Of a stretch of DNA of 64,000 nt, positions 1 to 10,700 are shown one piece after another. Position 1 is the first letter of the stretch. Every line of letters starts with the position of its first letter. Source of the DNA: a virus. The position numbers and the translations under genes were made by a program. The notes under the pieces are model-generated. The model had not been told where the DNA came from and made no database searches. It saw only the letters and a list, made by a program, of their open reading frames with translations. The stretch covers positions 32,001 through 96,000 of the IMG/VR virus record IMGVR_UViG_3300015024_000001; one strand, given 5' to 3'.

Positions 1-195
1 TAGTTTCCAACTAGAAGGTGAAATTATAAAAGGATCAAATAATTCTAACTTATAACCATATAAAACAGAAAGAGGATATTCTTGTACAGTATAGATCTTA
101 GGTTGTAGACGTATAAAATTACCTACACTATGTTGCGTAGTTATTATAGGTTTTTGTCTATCATTCTTTTGTTCTACGGTTGGTATTATATACAT
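1..195 (-). CDS. hypothetical tail-region protein (partial, runs off window)
   Basis: ATG at 195 overlaps the upstream stop (TAATG); open frame MYIIPTVEQKNDRQ... to position 1. Confidence 0.6.
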   Translation of the reverse strand, partial: MYIIPTVEQKNDRQKPIITTQHSVGNFIRLQPKIYTVQEYPLSVLYGYKLELFDPFIISPSSWKL

Positions 196-857
196 TAAAC
201 TTCAGGATTATAAGAAAAAGAACTGATGGAAATAGCCTGTCCACTACTGATCTGTAATGGATTTGTATTACCAGAATTTAAAATTAAACTACTAGAATTT
301 TTTCTAATTTTATGTATACCAGTTCCATTATTAGTCAAGACTATTGTAGATCCTCCTATAGTACTGGAAATCTGAATACTATTACCAGAGGATATTACAA
401 AATAACTAGTATTATTAAGTAATGGGGAAGGTAGGGTATTATTACTAGAAACTAAGACTTCATCACCTACTGTGAAGTTATTACCAGTAACTGTAAAAAT
501 ATTAGTTGAATTGTCTGTTGTAAAAATATAATTAGCACCAACGAAACCTCTAAATAATTCATTTGCTGCACCAGAATAAAGTTTAAAGGTAGCTGCAATA
601 CCTGTACTAATTCCAGATCCTATTAGTATACTACTAGTAGTTGTAATTCCTGTAATACTATCAGGTGTTCCTAGAGGAACAGTGGAATTAAATAAAATAT
701 TAGCTAAAACTATGGTACTACTATCTATTATAGATATATATCCAGTACCACCTATATTAATTTGAGTAGCAAGATTTCTTGATTCAGACACTAAAAGAGT
801 AGGAGCTTTTATTATTAATGACATATAATACCTAAAAAGAATTTGGTGGGATAACAA
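195..857 (-). CDS. virion structural/tail fibre-associated protein (likely start MSLIIK near 824)
   Basis: Ser/Thr/Gly-rich beta protein; NIFTVTGNNFTVGDEV...LPSPLLNNTSYFV pattern typical of phage tail/baseplate beta-barrels; tail-tip context. Confidence 0.55.
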   Translation of the reverse strand: MLSHQILFRYYMSLIIKAPTLLVSESRNLATQINIGGTGYISIIDSSTIVLANILFNSTVPLGTPDSITGITTTSSILIGSGISTGIAATFKLYSGAANELFRGFVGANYIFTTDNSTNIFTVTGNNFTVGDEVLVSSNNTLPSPLLNNTSYFVISSGNSIQISSTIGGSTIVLTNNGTGIHKIRKNSSSLILNSGNTNPLQISSGQAISISSFSYNPEV

Positions 858-1887
858 AGACAGACCCTATTTCTGTTGATGTAGCAAAAATAGAGTTTGT
901 AGTAGGACAATAAGTAAGTCCTGAAGATGTTGCATCAATCTTAATAGTGCCAATTACACTATTACTATTAGGATCTATAACAGAAATGTAAGGTAAGCTT
1001 CTATTTGAAACATATAAATACCCATCATAGATATTGCGTACTATTTCTCTTGGATTTCCACCAACTGAAATAGTAACTAGTACTGATTGAGAACTACAAC
1101 TGATAACACTAACTGTACCAGTATTTGTATTTGTGACATATATATTATTATAAGCGGAAAGATAGGTAACTCCAATACAACCACCACCTAAAGAAATAGA
1201 CATAAAAATAGTCCAAGATATAGGATCTATTAAATATACACCACCAAAAGAACGACTTGCTAGATATATATACCCATTAGAAGTACAATAGGCAGCCATA
1301 TATGGTTGAGCAATACCCGAAATAGTTGTAGTTAAAGTTTGACTAGCTACATTTATAATCGATATATTATTAGAACCAAAGTTAGAAACAAGAATAGATC
1401 CAGAATAAAAAAATGAATTTAAAGGAGAATTACCTACTACAATACTAGATACTATGGTAGATGTAGAAGGATTTATGCTAACAAGCTGTCCATTGGTAGA
1501 ATAATCATTACACACATATAATAGTCCTGAACTTACATCTTCAGTAAATCCAAAAGGAGTAGCTACATTTATAAATCCTACTTTTTCAAGAGTAGTAGGA
1601 TTTATAACTATAATACCACCACTTCCAACATTAGCTATATATATAAGACCAGAGGTACTACTATACTTAGCACTTATAGTTGTCGTTCCACACTTTATTT
1701 CTGCAAAACGTCCACTAGAATTTATAACAAAAGATTTACTTGCGGAAGGAAACCCATATATATCACCTTCTACTAAAGCACTATTAGATAATTCTAAGCT
1801 TAGACTAGATAATTTTGCACTTGCATATACATCTGCTGACCCAATCCTATAATTTTTTGTAAGATTAAAAGCTGTCTGTGGGAACAT
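832..1887 (-). CDS. YVTN/YncE-type beta-propeller protein, candidate receptor-binding protein
   Basis: Repeats IYVTNTNTGTVSVI, LYVSNRSLPYISVID, ISVGGNP. Confidence 0.8.
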   Translation of the reverse strand: MFPQTAFNLTKNYRIGSADVYASAKLSSLSLELSNSALVEGDIYGFPSASKSFVINSSGRFAEIKCGTTTISAKYSSTSGLIYIANVGSGGIIVINPTTLEKVGFINVATPFGFTEDVSSGLLYVCNDYSTNGQLVSINPSTSTIVSSIVVGNSPLNSFFYSGSILVSNFGSNNISIINVASQTLTTTISGIAQPYMAAYCTSNGYIYLASRSFGGVYLIDPISWTIFMSISLGGGCIGVTYLSAYNNIYVTNTNTGTVSVISCSSQSVLVTISVGGNPREIVRNIYDGYLYVSNRSLPYISVIDPNSNSVIGTIKIDATSSGLTYCPTTNSIFATSTEIGSVFVIPPNSF

Positions 1888-1888
1888 A

Positions 1889-4270
1889 TTATGTTATAAA
1901 GCCTGAACTGTACAGTCCATATAATTTACTAGCACGACTAATTATAGTTATTATATCAAACTTACCAACAGTTGTCGATAAAACAGGTACACCAAATAGA
2001 CCCCAATCTACAGCAGTAAAGTTGACTGTATAATTACCAGTGCCTCCTTGTTGTAAGAATAACAACCAGCAACCACCATCTTGAAAATTAGAGAAAGATA
2101 TAATAGTATTATCTGTCAATACAACATCTTGATTACCAATAGATAAATCTAAAACCAACGTAGAAGAAAAAACTTGAACATTACGTTTAACATATTGTGC
2201 TTTAGTAAATGTTTGGTTTTGGTCAACTTGAAAAAATTCGTGTATCCATCTACCTTGATTATCTATTGGTTGCACTACATATAGATTATCAGCAGTTCGT
2301 ATATCAGATTGTTTATAAGTATAAGATAAACCATTAGTAATAACTTTGCGTACTTGCTCATTAGTACGGTATGGATAAACTAGTGCTTTTAAGGTATCTA
2401 TATTTGATGTAGAGTCTGCCCAAAATAATGCACGATTATATGTATCTTTATAAGGTAAGAAACTAGTTGCAATACAACCCTCACTAGTAGCATGTGATAT
2501 ATCAGAGACAGAACTATTATCGTAAAAGAAAGAATAAGCAATAGATACTTGACCTGCTGGTACTGTTGCACCTGCTCCTATTGCTAGATGTGTTATACTT
2601 ACAGGAGCAAATAGACCTTGAGTATATGCATTAATCACTGTCTCTGTAAGTATTGTACCTGCTGACCAATCAGATATTGTACCTGTAATTAATCCAAGTG
2701 TGGGATCTATCGTAATAATAAAACCTTTATAAATAGAACCTGATTTAATTATAATCTGTACTTTATTAGTATTTAATTTTGCTTTGTTTTGTAAACCACG
2801 TATTGCAAGATCCCTGTATAAAGGATTAACTGTATTGTAATCTCCATTCTTTTCTATGGTCAGTGTGTATTGTACAGCTTGCCCATCTGTTAATGTCGTA
2901 GGAGTAGAAAAAGAACTTGCTGTAGTATAACGTCCTACTGTTGAGAATAAAGCTCTTTGAGGTTGTGTTAATGTAGGTGAACTTATTGTTGTAACACCTG
3001 TTCTTGCTATTCTAACAGTTTGATTTACTGTATTACTTACTACTACAGTTAAGTCTTCAACTACAGCATTACGAAATGTGTAAAGATTAATACAACCACT
3101 ACCTTCTAAAACACGTAATACACCTAACCCATAAGGTACAACTAGACGATTATCGGATTCACTAAATATCAAGTCACCTATAGCTATATTTGATTCACTA
3201 TAAGAAGAAACATTAGAATCAAAGTAAGGATATATGGATAAACTTACTGAAGCTGTAATCGTTGTATCAACATCTATAGCAGAAAATCGAGGTGTAACTG
3301 ACAGTAATAAAAATTCATCAGCTAGAAGATCATCCTCTAATAAAATATTACGTGTAAAATGGTCATATGGTACAACAGAACCAGCTGACAGCATATTTGT
3401 TGTATCTAATGAATAATTACTTGTAGCTACTTTTCCATATATAATAACATCAAGTAGACCAGAAAAATTATCTGTCATATCTTTATTATCAATACGTACT
3501 GATAAAGTAATACGAGTACCTTTAGCAATCAATGTATTTGAAGCTGACTTTAAATAGTAACGAATAGGTGTACCTATATTACCTGTTACATCATATACAG
3601 CAAAAATAAGATCAGGATTTTCATCCGATAGATTAATATCTTGATTACAACCATTAATACTTGTTGTTAAAGAGGTGGGATTTTCTACTAAATTACTAGA
3701 TTTACTATATAACCAACGACCTGTTGCTGCTATAAGAACTGTATCTGCATTAGCAGTATCTATAGCTATTGCACTATATCTATATGTACGAGAAAGTGAC
3801 GTAATAAAACGACGCATACCATGTACAGGTATAATGGGTAAATTTGCTGGCACATCAATAGTAGAAGAGAAGTTTAGATGATAATCTTGAGTAAGTATAA
3901 TTTGACTAATATCAGTACTAAGGGGTGTATTACTACCTAATGTCGTATGTGTTACTTGATTTACTTGTAAAGCTGCATAAGTACCAACAAGACGTGCTGT
4001 AGTGAAATCGTTTGTTGTGCTTGTATAAATAAGAAATTCATGCCAATCTTCACTTTCAGTATATGAAAGACCTGGGATTACAATACTTACAGTACTATTA
4101 TTAGGGATAACTATAGAAAAAGGCGTAGATGGTTGATTATAACCAGATCTTGCTCTACACTGAAGCCAGAAAAAATATGTATTATTACCACCTTGTATTA
4201 ATCCACCACTAGTTATATATACTGCTGGTGCTAATACACTCGATCTTCCAGATGCGAATTGAGTTGTCAT
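1889..4270 (-). CDS. large tail tip/fibre protein
   Basis: 793 aa downstream of tape measure; C-terminal fibre-type domain (LVLDLSIGNQ..LTDNTIISFSN..GG..LFLQQGGTG). Confidence 0.6.
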   Translation of the reverse strand: MTTQFASGRSSVLAPAVYITSGGLIQGGNNTYFFWLQCRARSGYNQPSTPFSIVIPNNSTVSIVIPGLSYTESEDWHEFLIYTSTTNDFTTARLVGTYAALQVNQVTHTTLGSNTPLSTDISQIILTQDYHLNFSSTIDVPANLPIIPVHGMRRFITSLSRTYRYSAIAIDTANADTVLIAATGRWLYSKSSNLVENPTSLTTSINGCNQDINLSDENPDLIFAVYDVTGNIGTPIRYYLKSASNTLIAKGTRITLSVRIDNKDMTDNFSGLLDVIIYGKVATSNYSLDTTNMLSAGSVVPYDHFTRNILLEDDLLADEFLLLSVTPRFSAIDVDTTITASVSLSIYPYFDSNVSSYSESNIAIGDLIFSESDNRLVVPYGLGVLRVLEGSGCINLYTFRNAVVEDLTVVVSNTVNQTVRIARTGVTTISSPTLTQPQRALFSTVGRYTTASSFSTPTTLTDGQAVQYTLTIEKNGDYNTVNPLYRDLAIRGLQNKAKLNTNKVQIIIKSGSIYKGFIITIDPTLGLITGTISDWSAGTILTETVINAYTQGLFAPVSITHLAIGAGATVPAGQVSIAYSFFYDNSSVSDISHATSEGCIATSFLPYKDTYNRALFWADSTSNIDTLKALVYPYRTNEQVRKVITNGLSYTYKQSDIRTADNLYVVQPIDNQGRWIHEFFQVDQNQTFTKAQYVKRNVQVFSSTLVLDLSIGNQDVVLTDNTIISFSNFQDGGCWLLFLQQGGTGNYTVNFTAVDWGLFGVPVLSTTVGKFDIITIISRASKLYGLYSSGFIT

Positions 4271-4304
4271 TCTTTTCTATATGAGTATTTCTTTATTATA
4301 ACGT

Positions 4305-4330
4305 AAAAAAGCACTCGTTTTCACAAGTGC
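4305..4330 (-). terminator. probable rho-independent terminator
   Basis: GCACT..AGTGC hairpin followed by T-run on minus strand, downstream of 4367..4744. Confidence 0.45.
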
Positions 4331-4366
4331 ATTACTATGTCTTCTTTTATTTTATACTATTTTAAG

Positions 4367-4744
4367 TTAGACAATCGTTAAATCATTACTTATGCAGTTG
4401 AATGAGACAGCAGGGTAAATCTTATTACCATTTACTGTTACAGCACTACCCTTTTCTAAAGTTTTAAGAGCATAAGATTTACCATCTAAAGTAATATTAG
4501 AAGTGGGTAAAGCACCTGTGACAACAGCAGATGCATAAGCAGATAGGTATGACTCAAGAGTATCTGCAAGAGAAGCAGGAACACCTTTAAGAGTAACCTT
4601 TTGTGTAATACGTGCAAAGTTAAGATCAGTCAAATAAGAGCCACTAGGAGCTTTTAATTGGAAAACTGATTCATTACCTTGTTGAATGTCACCTGGCTCA
4701 ATAGGATGATTAGAGAACGAATCAAATGCGAGAGTAATAGCCAT
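4367..4744 (-). CDS. hypothetical tail protein
   Basis: Strong RBS (AGGAGA); lies directly after tape measure. Confidence 0.55.
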   Translation of the reverse strand: MAITLAFDSFSNHPIEPGDIQQGNESVFQLKAPSGSYLTDLNFARITQKVTLKGVPASLADTLESYLSAYASAVVTGALPTSNITLDGKSYALKTLEKGSAVTVNGNKIYPAVSFNCISNDLTIV

Positions 4745-4792
4745 TTATAATATATCTCCTTTAATGATATATAATTATCTTATCATATTTTG

Positions 4793-7700
4793 TTATTGGA
4801 ATCTACGAGAGAGTTCCAATAACTCTTGTCTTACTGATTTGCCAATATCATTAGCTACAGCAGTATCTGCATTACCATTAACATTTACATTAACAGTAAA
4901 GGCATTGTTACTAGCCCCATTAGTCTGGGATGTGTTATTTTTATCTGTAACATTAGTAATAGATCCATCTTGTAATAATTTCACTTGTGCTTCTTGTCGT
5001 TGATTAGCTATACCAATACGTTCTTCATTCTTTGCTCTTGCATAATCAATCTGTGCTGATGGATCAGGATTAATATTAGATATAGATCCATCAGCATTAC
5101 GAAAAGTACGAACAATATCATTTCTTGCTTTTGGTGGTTCAGCAATATTGTCATTTAATTGCACTTGTTGATTTAAAGAACGAACAGTAGCATTAACACT
5201 TGCATCACCTACAGGCTGACGTAGATTAACAGCATTTACAGCTAAAAACTGTTGTCTTGCTGTTTTTAGATTAGCTGGATCAAACTCTTTAGTATAATTC
5301 AATGAAGCTGTGGATGCAGCAAGTATTGATTGTTGCTTCTGTAACTGTTGTTGTTGTGCAAATTGAGTAGGAAGTTCAGCTAATTGTGAAGTAACATTAT
5401 TTTGTAATCCAGCTATAGATTTACGAGCATCAGCAATAGCAGCTTTTTGTTCAGGTGTTTTTGCATCTTGTTCTTTAAATGATAACTCAATATCTATTAA
5501 CTTGAGTCTGGCTTGTGTTTCCTCAAGAGTAGATTTTGTTTTTTGCTGTTGGATTTTAAGTAGATTTTCTTCTAGTGCTGCTTGTTGTACAGCAATATTA
5601 ATTGACAAAGCACCAGCTAATTTTCTAGCAGCAACAGCATCTTTACTTCGATCTTCAGAATCAAAAGAACCAGCAAAAGTAGACAGCGCATCTTTTTGCA
5701 ATGTCAAACCTTTAACCTTATTTTCTATGGTTGACTTTAGTTTATTAGCTATTAAATCAAGAGACTCTTGTTTAGCATTGAATTGTAAAGATATTACCTG
5801 AGAAGCAAATTGATTATCAAGTATCTTACGTTTCGTATCAATTTCTTTTTTAGCTTCAACGGTAAGATTACCAGATGATTTTAGAGCCGCCTCTTGTAGA
5901 GTTAATTTCTCTCTCTCTAGTGATAAAGATTCAGTTGCAGCAGTAACTTGTAATTTATTATTTAAACCAATAATACCTAAAGAATTAGCTTGTGAGACGT
6001 ATGTGATGTCAATTTGTTTTAAAGTACCAGCCAGTGTAACCGTAGAAGATAAAGATTCTTGTATTGATGCACTTGACTTTTCAGCTATATCTTTTCTACC
6101 TTGAAAAGTAGTAACAGCTTGATCATTCTTAAACTTATTATCAAAAATATCTCTTTGAGCCTTTAAATCTTTTTGAGCTTCAGGTGTAAAAGTACCTGTT
6201 TCACGTAAAGCTTTTTCTTTTAAATCTAATCTTTTCTTTTCTAGGTCATAATTTTGTTGATTTTCAGTCAACTGTACTTTTAATCCTTGTTGTGCGCCTA
6301 CTATTGAATTAGTACCTAGTACAGCATTGGTTGTTGCTACAGTAATATTTAATCTATCCTGCTCAATATTCTTTACAACCTCAAGATCTTTTATAATACC
6401 ATCGTATATAAGAAGTTGTTTTTGTAACGCAGCTTGTTTACGATCACCTTCTTGTTTATCATTAAAAGCTTTTGATAATTCAAGTTGTTTACGTTTAATC
6501 TCATCGGTTTGATTATCCTTTTGACCTTGACCTGTAATAGTTTTGGTTAAATTAGATAAAGAAAAATTAGGATTCTTTATAGTATTTTGTTGTGCAAACT
6601 GTACTTCAGCTAATCCTTTACGACTAGCCAGCACTGCAGAATCTTTTTCAAAATCTTGTTCAGCATTTTGAATCTTAAGATCAGCTTTTGCTCTATTATC
6701 AGAGTCTTTTGTCTTTCTTATTACTGTACCATACTTATCTTTACTTATAATATCTGTATTGCCATTCATTTTACCATTCATTTTATCAACAATAACTTGT
6801 TGATTATATAAATCATTAGCACTCTCTGTACGATTTTCTAATCTTGTCTGTAGTTTATCCTGTTCTTTAACAAAACTATCAGAATCAAACTTAGATCCTT
6901 TTGATTCTAGTCCTAGAGAGATAGGAGCTATAAGATTAGTTTGTACGGAGGCTTGTGATTGTTCTATAGAAGCTTTTTGTTGTCTTAAAAAATCATCACG
7001 TTCTTTCTTTTGATCTAACTGAAATTGTTTTTCTTTATTATTTGCAATTGAAGTTGAATTTTTTCCACCTTCATCTCTAATACCAAATTTTTCAAATATT
7101 TGTTGTTTTATTTCAAGATCAGTTTGTGATAAACCTAATCTTGCTTTCTCACGATCATATAAAAGATTAGAAGCATTAATCTCTTTTGTAATACGTGCTT
7201 CAATTGTTTTATTCTTTTTATCAAGTTGTAACTGTGCTAAATCATTAAGTGCCTTTTCTTTAACAGCAGAACCCTGTTTTGCAGCAGCTATTTTTTCTTG
7301 AGCTTTAATCTTTATATCTATAACTTGTATTTCAGTTTGATCGATAGATTCTTTAGCTACTGTTGAACCAGCGACTTCAGAGTTACTAGCTAATCCTTGT
7401 AAACGTCTTGCTGATGTTTCAAGTTTTCCTACTTTATCGGCAGCAAGTTTAGCTACATTATCTGTTACTGTATTTATAACACCTAGTACAACTTTAGCAT
7501 CTAGCTTAGAAATAAGTGAACTACCATTAGTGTCTTTTAAGTTAATTAAATTACTTATTTTATCAGTAACATCTTGAAATTTATTTATATCTAGAGATTC
7601 TAAATTTTCTGAACTTACTTTTAAACTATCTAATAAACTAGGTATAGCATTACGTGAAGCATCGGTGTCAGTTTCTAATGCCTTTCTAATGTTATTAATG

Positions 7701-10700
7701 CTAGATACAGCAGATGTTTCTTCTTTTTGTGCTGCATTAGCTCCAACACCTTGCCCACTAGCTGTTTGATTGATTACATCTGTATTACGATTTACAAGTT
7801 TAGATTTAAACTTAGCTCCAAAATTAGTTGTATCCTCAATCTGTTTTGCACCTACAACTATTCTACTTTTTACAGCACTTTTCTGTGCATTATCAAGTTT
7901 AGGATCATTTAAAGTTTCTTCAAGACCTTGTTGTATTACTTTTAATTCAGCTATACGACCTTGTAACTCACTATCAACTCTTGAGGTATCTTCAGCAGTA
8001 ATTTGTGCGCGTCCTGATAATACTTTATTAGCTTTTGTTGTTAAATCTTCACTTAATAATCCTGCTTCTAATTGATTCTTATTTAAGCTACCAATAGCAG
8101 AATCAGTATCAGTCTTAAGTTCAGTTATTTTAGCACTAAATAAATCAATACGATCTACAATATCTTTTGATATAGGGTCATTTTGGTGACGTAATTTATC
8201 GAGTACACCATCATTTAAACCAGCTTGATTTTGTGCAACATCTATTTCTTTATCATAGATATCTAATCCAGATTTAACTTTAGCTTTTCTTTTTTCACGC
8301 TCTTGAGGTGTTACTGCTTTATCTACTTTAAACTTATCATTAAGTTCAGTCTCCTTACGATTTAAAGCTTCTTTTTTAATAGTTTCTTTATCCCCATTGG
8401 CTTCAACAGTTGTAGCGAGTTGACTTATTGCTAAACCAATTGCAAGACCAATACCAGCACCAATAAGAGTTCCAAGTCCAGGTGCTATGCTACCTAAAGT
8501 AGCACCTATACTTGCACCAGCAGAAGCTGCACCAACACCAAAACCTCCCACAACAGCCGCTCCGATTGCTACAGAACCACCAGCTAATGCACCAGTAATT
8601 GCCCCTGCCGCACCACCAGCAACTATACCTGCTGTACCTATTGAAAGTATACCTGTTGTATCAGTTTCTAATTTCTTTCTTGCTTGTCCACCATCAGTAG
8701 CACTAGCAAGACCTAATCTATTATCACGTATCTCTCCTAAAGTTTGTGTTAAAAATTCATCACTAGTACGAAAATCTTTTGTAGCGAGTTGTGTTTGTAA
8801 CCTCTCTCTACGTATGCCTGTTGCATTACCAACAGCTTTTTGTATATTCTTTTCTTGTCTCTCAGATTTAACTTTTTTAGTAGCTTCTTCTTCTGATAAA
8901 CCACCTTTTACTAAAGACTCTATTCTTTTTTGTTCTGTTAAAGCTCTATTAGTACTTTCAATAGCTTGAGTTCTTTTCTTTTCAGCTTCAGCATTCTTTT
9001 CTATGGTATCTGCTCTAAAAGCATTGGATTGTTGAAAACGATCAAATATAGCAAAACCAACTGCGAGAGCAGCTAAACCCAGAGTTAATGGATTTAAAAA
9101 TTGTGAAATTAAAGAACCACCTAATGATAATAAACCTTTACCAGCATTAATAATCCCTGTTTTTAATAAACCAAGACCACTACCAGCCGAAGAGAATAAT
9201 TTACCTACAGCCTGACCTACATTAGATATACCTTGAGAAGTACCTGCTAAACGTAAAGCTTGGTCTACTTCTCTAATTGAACCTGTACTACGACTAAAAG
9301 GTACTGTAATAGCAGTAAGGACACGTGCAATACCTTGACCAACTTTACTAAAAGCCTCACCAGCTACTACTGTCCTTACAAAAGATTTTTCAAGTTCACC
9401 ATTTTTATTTAATAAACCTTGTGTACCAGTTGAAGCTTGTATTAGTGATTGTGATAAATTTGTAATAAGTTTAGAATTAGTAGGTTGCTGTGTTTTAGCT
9501 TCTTCTAATGATGCTTGTATATTTTGAATAGGTGTAACTTTTTGTAGTTTACCCTGATTATTAAGAGTTTTAGAGTAAGGAGATACAGCTTCAGCAGCAC
9601 TAGCAGATCTAGCACGTAACTCTGTAGCCGTATCTGCTGTAATAGTGCCTTTTGCTACTTCATTTCGTAATAGACTCTCTTGTTCTAATTTTAACTTACC
9701 AACTTCTGCAATTTTATCACGTTGCTTAATAGATGATTTCTCAATATTTTTACTATTAGCACCTTGTTGAGTAACTGTACCTTGACCTTCTTTAGATTTT
9801 AATGCAGATAGTTCTTCTTCTAAAGCTAAGACTTCAGCTTTAGCAGCTTCAATTTGTTCAATGTTTAAATTAATAGGTTTTTCAGATGCAATTTGTATAT
9901 CTTTTAAAGCTACTTCTATTTCTCTTATTTGATGAACAACTTTTTTAGCTTCTTCTGTATCAGAACCTCCGGGTATTGCAGAGAAACCAGCAGACTTTGC
10001 TTTTAATTCATCTAACTTACCTTCTAGACCTTTTTTAACATCTTTACTTGTATCTATACCAATAATTTGTTTTAGTGCTGAACCATAATCACCAAGACTA
10101 ATAATAGAATTACTAATTAGCTTGCCTTGACTTATTAATCCACCACTAAATAAATTATTAAATATATTAATTGTTGCCAATATACCAACAACAGATAAGA
10201 AAGCACCACCTAAAGATGATACAACACCAACAACTTTACCTACTGTATCTCCTACAACTAAGATCGTAGAAATAAATTGTTTAACCCCAGGTAGATCAGC
10301 AAGTACTTCAGTACTACTAACAAATATATCAAGACTTTTAATAGCCCCATCAGTAAAACCTGTAAATGATCCACCAAGTTCAGCTACAAGTTCTTCAGCT
10401 TTAGTTGATATACCTCTTAGTTTTATTGTGGGATCTTCTTGTACTTCGCCAAATACTAAGTTAAGTTTAGCAGGTGAACTGTTAGAAACAGCTGCTAATG
10501 AATCAGCAAATAACGCACCACCTTGAGCTGCCAATGCAAGAGCTGCTTGTAAAGCACGAGATTCAGGTATTATTTCACGAATGATTGAGACATTACCATT
10601 AGCTGCTTTAAAAACATCTGTAAGGGCATTACCAAGTCCTTTAGCTTGTACTGTTGCTAAATCAAACTTAACAGCCTGACCATTCAAAGAAAGCTCTCCT